Positions 30,474 to 41,838 of a stretch of 64,000 nt of DNA are shown in pieces. Where the stretch lies: assembly GCF_009914755.1 (NCBI RefSeq), contig NC_060937.1. One strand, written 5' to 3'. Each line of letters opens with the position of its first letter. Position 1 is the first letter of the stretch. Source of the DNA: the human T2T-CHM13v2.0 reference genome, Homo sapiens. The translations under genes and the position numbers were made by a program. The notes beneath the pieces are model-generated. The model was given only the letters and a program-made list of their open reading frames with translations, did no database searches and was not told where the DNA came from.

Positions 30474-31392
30474 TATCTCATCTAATATTTACAAAAAATA
30501 TATTTTTTCTCACTTAAAAATGTGGAAATGGGAAAACTCAGGAAAGTTAAGTAATTTCCTTGTCATTGCAGAGCCAGTAAATGAAGGAATTTTGTGTCAT
30601 TGGCTTTATCAGGTCTTCATAAGGCTCAGAATCTGTGTCTTCATTTTCATCCTCATCTTAGTCATGCCTTCATGAGAATCACCTTGGAGTGTGACTGACA
30701 GATAGGCTTAACCCTAGGACATTTAGCCATTCATTTATTTATACCCTGACATGCTCTATAGAAATTTCATGGATACCATTCTTGGTTGAATAAGTGGAAG
30801 AGTAGAAACATCCCAAGAGTAGATCAGATTAAAAATGTTGTATGAAGCCAGCCACGAGATCAGATTATACAAAATGCCTATGGGAATCTTTGTTGCATTT
30901 TCTAGGGGTGAGCTGCAATTTTGGCATTCCATTGTCTGGAAGAGGAAGAATAATTACAACGTTCACAGTATTCACAAGACAAGAACTAACCAGAGATTCA
31001 AAAGCAGAATAATGTTGGGACCCCAGAGAAGTATTCTTGGCTTTTCTCAGAAGGAAGAAACTGTGTGATGTGAGGAATAATATCCTCTACAGCATCTATA
31101 TGGTAAATATCATCAAATTTTTCATGTTTTCCCTTATAATGTTATAGCATATATAAGCCAGAGTGGGTAAAACATAAACTTATAGGGACCCTAAAAATAA
31201 TGTTATGAGAACCACCAAGAACAATTCTACAAGGACCCCAAAATGATGCTGTTTTGTTGTCTAGCTTGGTGCTGGGATGCCTTAGCCCAAAGGCTAGATT
31301 TCAAATCATTTTTTGAAGGATCACATTTATATCAGGTCATAAATATTTTCTTTAACCAGGCTGATCAGTACTGATCAGGATTTGATGTGAAA

Positions 31393-31396
<4 letters not shown>

Positions 31397-31458
<62 letters not shown>
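31397..31458. repeat. (AC)17(AG)14 compound microsatellite
   Basis: Perfect AC run 31397-31430 then AG run 31431-31458. Confidence 0.98.
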
Positions 31459-31462
<4 letters not shown>

Positions 31463-32472
31463 TTGAGCAACTACCTAGAGTGCAAAGACTCCAATAGTGG
31501 TTATATATGTCACCATAAGCTTTGACAGTGAAGCTCAGAATAAGCTAGTATACTTGGCATAGATCATACTTTAGATAGGACACATTTTTTTAAAATCATA
31601 CTCTCTTCTACCACCTCGTGGCAGACTTGAGGCATTGAGCTGTCCCCTTGGCTTTCCATTTACGAATGGTGGCTTATTCCTGCCATAGTTTACAGAAAGT
31701 GAGACATTTAATTGTAACACTTCATTCAATCTCATGTAAGTAATGACTTAATTTTGTCTAAATTTATTGAATCACCTGGATGGCTTAAAGTATTAAATGG
31801 CCCTAATAATATTTCCACACACAAGCAAGTCATTTTCAACAGTAGATTGATTGTACAAGATGGAAAACCTTTGGCTTGTCAAGCATATGTACAGTTGCTG
31901 GAAAATAAGTCAATGAAACACTAATCACTTCATTTAGGAACTAATAACATCAGCCCCAAGGCTACAAGAGCCATTCCAATGGGGCTTCCTCTGTGAGGGG
32001 CACATGATCTCTCTGAACTGATAGTAGAGTAGATTTCATCAGATAAGCTGTCAAATGCTTCATAGAACATGCCTTGGAGAATTAAGCTTCTACTGTTCAT
32101 ACAATTTTATCAGACACTAGCAAAGTAGATTTTCCAGTAAAACAGGAAATTGCCCTAAGGCTACGCTTTTGAACATTTATTCAAGATGTACTTTAAATGC
32201 TGTTTCAGCTGTCACTTCTTGCTATCGGCAGAAATGTTTTTGTTTTTGTTGTAGGTGAACAGTTCTCTTTAATCACCAAAATCAACTAAAGTGTGGAGAA
32301 AACAAGAGCTGTAAAATTAGAGCGTTTGCAAGACAGGTTGAGGATAGGTAGTTTTTGACACAAAGGCAATTCGAGCTCATTTGGAACTATGTTTGGGACT
32401 CTGAATTGGCAACAAAGAAACTTATGTTTCTTTTAATAACTTAATAAATATACTATATTATCACATATAAAG

Positions 32473-32700
32473 AGGCAGTATATAACACAGCGATTAAAAG
32501 CATATACTCTGAAGCCAGGCTACTTGCTTTCAGATGTCAGTTTCAACAATTCAACTTTTGGGCTTTGGACAGATTACTTCACTGCTTTGTTCCTCTATTT
32601 CCTTATCTGTAAAACAGGAATAATTACATAACCCATAGGGCTGTTGAGAAGAGTAGTTCTAACACTTAGAAAGCATTATATAATTATATGTACATTATAT
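32473..32700 (+). mobile_element. MIR SINE
   Basis: ggcagtatataacacagcgattaaaagc...ctctgaagccaggct...cctctatttccttatctgtaaaacaggaataat. Confidence 0.8.
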
Positions 32701-33849
32701 ATTATTGTTATTATAGTACTCTATAAAATCTGTAAGGGATCACATGAAAAATAGACTGTAAACATATTGATTCTATATAGTAAAATATCAGAATTAATAA
32801 CTTTTGAAAGGAATATCAATATAACACTTTAAGAACTGATATAAAATTTTCAATTTTGTTTAGGAACAGGATGTATATCTCAGAAATATGGAATGAATGA
32901 ACATATAGCAAATGAAACAGTCAATTTTCAATGAGTGAAATGCAGGACAATGATAACCTTCACATCTTTCACTAAGAAATAATCTCCTAGTAGATGGTAC
33001 ATACATATAAAATATCTTATTATGCAAATATCTTTATCATAACCAATAAATGAAAAAATACAGTTATTTCCCATTTTATTATTTGTGAATCCAAACCAGA
33101 GTCTCAGGAAATGACTAGTTGATCTCATGTGGTACTCATGTGGTCTTCTACTTTCTTCTAATCTGAGAATAGAAGAACCATTAATGTCTTTTGCCTCAAG
33201 TCATTTTTGAGGAGAATAAGCTCATTTCCTTAGTATAGGAAAAGAAAATGAAGTTGGCTCCTTGACACTTGTCTTAAAAGGCAAACCTAATATTAAATTG
33301 TAGTCCAAATCTTTAAGTTTTTTCTTGCTGAAGAAGCAAACTGCCTTAGTGCACTTCATTGACCAGTATGGATAACACAAGCAACACTGACTTCTAAATG
33401 CTTGGCTATTGGCATGAAGCAATGAATGTTACAAAGTTATAATAAGAGGAAATGTATAACAGACACACTAAAGAGATACATTGTGTGAAGTGTCATTATC
33501 TCAAAGAATGCTTTCCATTTTGTTAATTACACATAACTTCAAGGTAGCCATTAATACAATTAATTGAAGGAGACTATTAATACAATACAATTATAATTAA
33601 AAATTTGAATACTTTCTTATTTTACTAAGCTGTTATAGTTATTTTGGTACTTGTTACCAAGCCCTACAAAATTATACATGGAATAAAGAGTGAACCAATG
33701 AATAACTGATGTTTATTAAGCTTGAGCTTTGGGTCATTTTAGTCTCAGTGGCCCCATGAAGTTCACACAATGCTCCTTATAAAATGAGAAATCAGGAATT
33801 GATTTTCATAATGCTACAATGTATAGGGGAAATTAAATGGACCAAAAAT

Positions 33850-34557
<708 letters not shown>

Positions 34558-35151
34558 TCTCAGAATAGCTTGATAGATATTCAAAGCAAATATCCTCATA
34601 GATGCAGCATACAGGATTGGGCTTTTCCAATCGCTGTGAGAAAATTCCACAAGGAGGTGAGACAATGGTTCTGGTGTGTGCCAAGACTTTTGTTTTTAAG
34701 GAAATAGTTTACAAAAAGAACCGAATTATAAACCATCAAGCAGACTAAAATGTAGTATTTATTTTAGAATTATAGAATATTTTATGGGCAGGACCTCAGA
34801 AGTTGTCTGGTCAGTGCATACTCCAACCCAGTACATGAATCTCATCCACATTCATCCTCCACTTACTCCTTCCATAATTTGGATTACTACGATAATTTCT
34901 ACTTATGAAAATTTGGGAGATTTTAAAAAATTTATTCTCTTTCTCTTTGTATTTGCTTGAACAGAAACATGTATCAAATTTTTTTAAAAAACTAAAAAAG
35001 GCAATGAATATAACAAGAACCAAGATAAACACATGCCCCATGTAGCTTGGCCTAAGATACAGAAATGGATGTATGTGTGCAAGTGCATTCTGGGGGTGGG
35101 GTGAGGTTTCTGGAGAAATTAAGCACTATATGGAGACTTGACAGATGAGAA

Positions 35152-36594
35152 GGAGTTTCAGTTGCCTGGATAGAAGATGAAACCAGCCACAACATTTCCA
35201 GGGGTTAATGCACCTGGTGACTTTTAAGTTGAAGCCAATCGATACTCATTTACCATTTAAAAAATCATGGGGCCCTTAGGAATTATGCTTAATCTACTCT
35301 GCCTGTACTTTTATAAATGGAGCAACAAAGCCTGGATGACAACACATCTGTTTATAGCATGGATTACTGAATATCGTAAACCCACTGTTGAGATTTACTG
35401 CTCAAAAAAAAGATGCCTTTTAAAATATTACTGCTCACTGACAATGCTCACTGATTAGGCTCTTGGTCACCCAATAGCTCTGATGGAGATTTACAAGGAT
35501 ATTAATATTGTTTTCATCCCTGCTAACACAACATTCATATTGCAGTCCATGGGTCAAAGGATTATGATATGGTAAGAAATACTATAACCTTATGAAATAT
35601 AAGAAATACATTTCTTATATGTATGTATTACATATATATATACACATACATATATATATGAAACACATTTCTTATATGCCATAGACAGTGATTCCCTTGA
35701 TAAGTCTGGGAAAGGAAAATTGAAAACCTTCTGGAAAGGATTCACCATTCTAGATGTCACTAAGAAAATTCATGATTCATTGGAGGAGCTCAAAATATCA
35801 ACATTAAAAGGAATTTGGAAGAGGTTTATTTCAACCCTCCTGGATGACTTTGAGGGGTTTGAGACTTCAGTGGAGGAAGTACCTGCAGATATTGTAGAAA
35901 TAGCAAGAGAACTAGAATTAGAAGTGGAGCCTGAAGATGTGACTGAATTCCTGCAATCTCATGATAAAACTAATGGATGAGGAGTGGCTTCTTATGGGTG
36001 AAGAAAGAATGTAGTTTCTTGAGAAGAAATCTACTCCTGGTGAAGATGCTGTGAACATTGCTGAAATCACAACAAAGGATTAGAAGATTACATAAGCTTA
36101 GTTGATAAAGCAGCAGCAGGGTTTGAGAGAACTGACTCCGATTTTGAAGGAATTCCTACTGTGGGTAAATGCTATCCACCAACATCTCATGCTACAGAGA
36201 AATCTTTCATGAAAGGAAGAGGCATTGTGTGTTATTCATTGTTGTGTTATCTTAAGAAATTGCCACAGCCACCCCAACCTTCAGCAACCACCACCCTGAT
36301 CAATCAGCAGCCATCAGCATTGAGACAAGACCCTCCAGCAGCAAAAAGATTATGAGTCACTGAAGGCCTGGATGACCGTTGGCAATTTTTAGCAATAAAG
36401 TATTTTAAAATGAAGGTATGTACATTGTGTTTCAGATATAATACTATTGCACAATTAATAGACTACAGTATAGTGTAAACATAACTTTCATATGTACCAG
36501 GAAGCCAAAATATTCATGTGACTCACTTTATTGCAATAGTTGCCTTATTGCCGTGATCTAGAGCAAAACCCACCGTATCTCTGAGGTAAGCCTG
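35152..36594 (+). mobile_element. Tigger1 (TcMar) DNA transposon, 3' part with decayed DDE transposase
   Basis: Track ORFs give [21 protein letters not shown] and [11 protein letters not shown]...[39 protein letters not shown]; right TIR tatctctgaggtaagcctg followed by TA. Confidence 0.95.
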
Positions 36595-36659
36595 TATACG
36601 GATATGTACACGTACATACACATCTACATAGGCAACAAGATGCTGAAAAAGGCAAGTGA

Positions 36660-36770
36660 AACTGATTTTGACTTCTAGCCTCCAGAACTGCAAGACAAAA
36701 AAGGTTTTGCTGTTTTAAGCCACCAAGTTCATGTGTATTAATTTGTTACAGCAGCCATGGGAAACTACTG
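36660..36770 (+). mobile_element. MLT1 (C/D-like) LTR 3' fragment
   Basis: gacttctagcctccagaactgcaaga...ttttaagccacc...tttgttacagcagccatgggaaacta. Confidence 0.85.
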
Positions 36771-37539
36771 AAGAGTTGAATCTTGTGGAAGTGGTGTGGT
36801 TCTGGGTTAGGAAATGCCATTCAGGTTTGGAATTGAGCATAGAAGTTCAGCTGAATTTCATTGAAATCAGAGGTTGGGGCTCTGAGGCAAAGGTACAAAC
36901 GGATTGTCCACTTGTTTGTTCAGGTTCCCTGGGACAACACAAAAGCAGGAGTACAGAGATGTATTTTGGGACTGGGCACCAAAGTCTTGAATTCAATGTG
37001 GAATTAGTGTCAGAAGGTTCAGTGGAAGACAAGGGATGTGGAGTAAAAGAGGCTGGAACCAAGTTTCATTAATGTCAAAGAAGAGGGATAGTTACGTGAG
37101 GTGGAAGAAATACCTTCTACTGCGTGGGGAGTGGAGATGCCTCTTGGACATACAGATAGTGCAGAATGGGGCACCAGGAGAAAAATCAGTCTCATGGTCG
37201 GGCTGCAGGAAAAGTGAATTTGCAGGCAGTAAGCCAGATTTCAGTTCAAAGAAGAAGGTGGAGAGTGGATGTCTTACCTGATGTACAATTCAGTTCATTT
37301 GCTTATTAGTTTTCTCAGAGATAGATGTTTTCAGAGTTAGATTTTATATTTCTCCTCAAATCACCTACTTGATATCTCCACTTTAAAACACCTTTATTAT
37401 GTCTTTTTCTGTCAAGGGTGATCATTTAAAATATCCTTTAAAAACAGTGTTAAATGGAGTAGAAACTTAAGGCAGAAGAAGCTGTTGCATAACCATATTG
37501 CCAAGAATATATAATGCCATTTCCTTTTTTTCCCATCTT

Positions 37540-37790
37540 CTTATTTGTATAAATGTAAGGGGTATAAGTTTAGCTCTGTTACATGGATGCATTGCATAGC
37601 AGTGAAGTCTGGGCTTTTAGTGCAACTGTCATACAAAAAATATACATTGTACCCATTAAGTACTGTCTAATTTCTTACTCCCCTCCCATCCTCCCACTCT
37701 TCCAAGTATCCAATGTCTATTATTCCACACTCCATGTCCATGTGTACACATCATTTAGCTCTCACTTGTAAATGAGAATCTGCAGTATGA
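37540..37790 (-). mobile_element. L1PB3/4-like 3' end
   Basis: aaggggtataag...gttacatggatgcattgcatagcagtgaagtctgggcttttagtg...atgtccatgtgtacacatcatttagctc. Confidence 0.88.
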
Positions 37791-38979
37791 TGTCACGTTC
37801 TCACTCGTTTGTTTTAATAGGGCCATAGGAACAAGTTGGGGATTATTTTGCATGAACAGCTGGCTATTGCTAGACATGAACAAAGTAATTGGAAGTGATT
37901 TCTCTTTAAGCAATGCACCACTGGACCTGTATACTTTATATGAAAATGTTGACTTTCATTCAACTACTAAACTTTTTATAGACATTACAAACATATCTGT
38001 TGACAAAACTCAGTCTTTGATATGCAAAGAATATGACTTTGTTATGAAGCTTATAAAAGCTCATTCCTCAGAGTTTATCTAAATGACTTTCATCTTCAGT
38101 GGTCTGTGGAATATTACCCAGTCTTCACACTGCACCTGTCTGGTAAGAAGACAACATATTATCTCCATTTTAGAGAATGAAAAAGAAGAATGGGGTGAGT
38201 CTAAGTGATTTACCTACATTAATTACATCTTGAAAAGAGATCATAGCCCTCATTTTTGATTTGTAACCTTGAGAATGTGTTTTGATGTAAAGCTTTCTGA
38301 CGATTTTCAATTCAAAATCAATAACATTTCACACTGTATATAAAATATGGTAAGTCGATTCTGCTACACTTTGAAAATGTGAATTGGCTTCAACACGATT
38401 AATATATAAAGAAAGAATTTGAACATGATATGAAGTTCATGTTCATAAATGTACAATTTCATCCTCAGAAGCACTAGGTAAACACAGAAAACTACAGCCC
38501 TTGCAGCTGGCCCTTACATCAAAGGAATACACAAAGCCCACCCTGTGCACCTCAAATGTCTCCCGGTTAACTAAAGTCTTTGGGTGTATTATGATCCACT
38601 GCCCTCATTCCCCTTCACATCTACTGTTAACAACATTTTTGTTTTTCTGATTTTGGAAAATCCTCTTTCAACACTTTACAATGACTCACAAGCTACAACC
38701 CTTCCAGACACCCACTTCTGCAAGCAAACTTCGGATTTTGTTCAAGTAAAGTGCAATAGTTACTGCAGTATTTGTGTATTTCTTAACCACTTAATGTGTG
38801 CTACTCTTTTTTCCAGGTTCTTGTCTTGTTTTTATGTGTCACTGACATGCATGGCACCTAATCCCATATTTTCTCAGATGCCCTGTGGTTTATATTACAA
38901 GATATTGCATAGGGCAGTGATTTTTAGGAATGTGTATATCGCATTATATATAGATCATCACACTCTTAAACTCCACAAA

Positions 38980-39290
38980 CAATGATCTAGCACTTGTTAT
39001 GTTTCAGACACTATTCTGTACATGGTGGGGGATACAAAGATGAACAGTTCTGGTCCCTGCCTTCTAGCATCATAGTTTGTCAGAGATTGTCACACACACA
39101 AATGTCTCTAATGATAAGTTATTATGTGCTCATAAATGAAGAGTCACAATGGTAAGGTGGAGGGAGAGAATAATTCTACCCCAGAGGATCTAGGAGAGTT
39201 TCCTGGAAGACATAGGGTTTGACCAGCACACTGAGGAATGAGAGGTGCCTTTAGTAGGTATGAGGGAATGAGATAGAAAGAAGGGTTTTC
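38980..39290 (-). mobile_element. L2 relic
   Basis: cagacactattctg...gggatacaaagatgaacagttctggtccctgccttctag. Confidence 0.7.
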
Positions 39291-39317
39291 TGATGCATCT
39301 TAAATGGCCCTTTATTG

Positions 39318-39414
39318 TAGTTATTTTTTTTTTCTGTTTCTCTCCCTCTTCCCACCCTCTGACAGGCCCCAGTGTGTGTTGTTCCCCTCTATATGTCCAT
39401 GTGTTCTCATCATT
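39318..39414 (-). mobile_element. Short internal L1PA 3'UTR fragment
   Basis: ccctctgacaggccccagtgtgtgttgttcccctctatatgtccatgtgttctcatcatt. Confidence 0.85.
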
Positions 39415-39807
39415 AAGTGGCACTTTAAAGATGCTTGCATTAATTGACAATTCTGAGTCCATAATGGTAGAACTTTTGAGAAGCAAACTGACTGCCAAGG
39501 AAAAATATCCATGCACTACAAACAGTTTTGGCTTTTTTTTGAAGAGATTGACAATCAGTTAGGAGTCTGAATCAGGTAAACCTAATTTTTGGTATTCATC
39601 CATTTTTCCTGAGAACAACACTTTTCTCATTCTTGCTGTCACTCTTCTCTAATCTCTAAGTAATTTTCCTTTTCAGTGGTTTGTTTCTGCCTGAACATTA
39701 TTTGATAACATAGCTGTCACCTAAAAAGAATGTGGTCTCTTCCAGAGAGGCTTAAAACTGCAGAGGCATTTTTAGGGAGGAGTCTGGAAGGATGCAGGAG
39801 AATAGGA

Positions 39808-39945
39808 AAACACATTCATTGAGCACCTACCATATGCCAGGCACTGTGAAAGTCAGTTTCATATATGTGATGTATTTGATGTCATAATAACCCCATGCAT
39901 TTATGTAATTAATCACACCCATTGCAGAAGGGATGGAGACACTTG
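39808..39945 (-). mobile_element. MIR relic
   Basis: cattcattgagcacctaccatatgccaggcactgtg. Confidence 0.7.
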
Positions 39946-39957
39946 CTGAGCCTATAG

Positions 39958-40143
39958 TAGTAGTTCTTAACTTTGACTGTTCCATCAGAATCAAACGGTG
40001 GGAAGAGCTTTTAAAAATCCCTTTACCTAGACCATACTCAGCACAGTGGAATTAGAAACCAGGGTGCTGTGACCCAAGCTTTGATATTTTTTCCCCATAA
40101 TCCTCAGGTGGTGCCAAAGTTCAGCCCAAGTTGAGAACTACTG
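39958..40143. mobile_element. MER5A (hAT-Charlie MITE)
   Basis: About 185 bp with TIR-like ends tagtagttcttaac / gttgagaactactg and internal catcagaatca...ttttaaaaat. Confidence 0.8.
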
Positions 40144-41344
40144 ACCAAGAAAGTCTCTTATCCCTGCTGTAGTGACCTCACACAGGGAAGTTTGAGAGCA
40201 AACTCCTTAGTTTGATTTAAATGGCAACTTTGTGTAGATGCTACCATTCACATGATAATAGAAGAGAAAAAGAACTCACAACATTTTTTTAAAAAAACTA
40301 TTTTAAATTAGAAATTTGCTTATGTAGAATCTATGGGATTTGGGAGCTGGTTGGTTTTAGGAGGCAATTGTTCAGTTCTGCTTATCTAGGCTGGAGCAAA
40401 CTTGGAAGGAGAAATCAGATATATGAGGGAAGTTTCTGGGTCAGTCCAGACAGGGTATTTATTACCATGGAGATGCCGAAAACCAAGAGTAGTGCAGATG
40501 GCAGGTGTAAATGATGCCCTCAGTTGAATCAAGGTGTCTTGAAGCCGGGTCTTGAATTAACAGATATAACACAGTCCTTGGGATCCAGAAGTGAGAAAGG
40601 AAATTTTAAAATGAGAAGGGCCAAAATGCTTCAAGACAATGGGGTGAGCTAAGCACAGTGACTGGTGGTCACTCTTGGCAGGTGCCATGTTGGGGGAGGT
40701 TGGCTCTTACAGGCATCAGTCTCCAGATGTCAGTACACAGGGAGGAATAAAAAATAATGACATGACAATAAATTCCTTAGGTGATAGTTTTATAATGTCC
40801 ATTATTACAAATAAGGAAGACAGAAAGAAGAATAGACTCTTGGTTGTTGGGGAGTGTGTATGTGTCAGTTGAGGGGAAGGCTCAGGGTGAGGATGATACG
40901 GGAGAGTCTAGGCAGAAAGGGAAATGGTAAGTTTGCTTTTGGTACATATTTAGTTTGAAATGCTGGTAGTTTATTCCATGGAGGTGTCTGGAAGCTGGGG
41001 AAAGATATAAAGTTGTTCTGAGTTTCAGTAGGTCACTGAAATATGCTGTCAGATACACCTTCATCCAGGTCCTTGGTTGATCAGTGTTTCCCAAAACTCT
41101 GGGCTCCCGATTCAGCCTCCAGTGGACTATATTTGTTGGCTGTTTCTGATTCTGTAAGTCCTGATTAAAATCTCCAAGTACTCCCTGCATGTGTAGGCCA
41201 GAATTATTTGGAATGGCTTCATCAGTTTTCTAGAGAAAACTATACGAGTATATAGTTCTTTCAAGAATTCACTCAGAAGTGTCTAGCAGTTTGGAGAAAG
41301 CAGCCTGGAAGGCCATGCAGTTTTTGCCTTCTCTTGGTTTTCCT

Positions 41345-41838
41345 GCTCTTCAGTGGTCATGCTAGTTCTTCTGTGTTTGTTTTTCTCCCAATCTATTCTT
41401 TTACTGCTTTTTACCCAGGAGGCTGATCCCTGAAAACTGCTCCCTTTCTAGATTCTGATTGGGTTCAGCCAATGAGAAACCCTGGCAGGAGATCAAAGGA
41501 CAGAAGGAGAGATAATCAGGGTATTTCATCTCCACCTCCTCCCCTCTTTGGTACCGCATCTTTGGCAGTTGCTGAAATACAGCCCTTGCCTGTCAGAACC
41601 TTCTTCGTGGCTCCAGTTTTCATTGTATCTTGATAACACTATTTCCTCCCTTTTCTTCTTTAACCAAATACATAGTAATGACTTCCTTCTGTGGCTTATC
41701 AGTGCCTCAACATACTTTGTTGGTTCCTTTAACCTTTCCCCGAGCTCTGTAATTATTCCCTTTATTATAGTCTCTTCATTTGAATAATTTTGGAGGAGGT
41801 GTGGTGACTTCTATTTCTTCTTGAGATCCTGATTTATG
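41345..41838 (+). mobile_element. ERVL solo LTR (LTR33-like)
   Basis: ttctgattgggttcagccaatgagaaaccctggcaggagatc...agggtatttc...ctctgtaattattccctttatta. Confidence 0.8.

Noticed and set aside
35267-36355. Transposase-like ORFs as a domesticated TIGD-type gene
   Set aside because: Broken into short frames, with most of the N-terminal DNA-binding region missing; an ordinary Tigger1 fossil.
38584-38985. 133-aa ORF, and likewise 41776-42192, 49742-50083 and 55771-56124
   Set aside because: Non-ATG starts, composition typical of AT-rich non-coding DNA, and no family resemblance.
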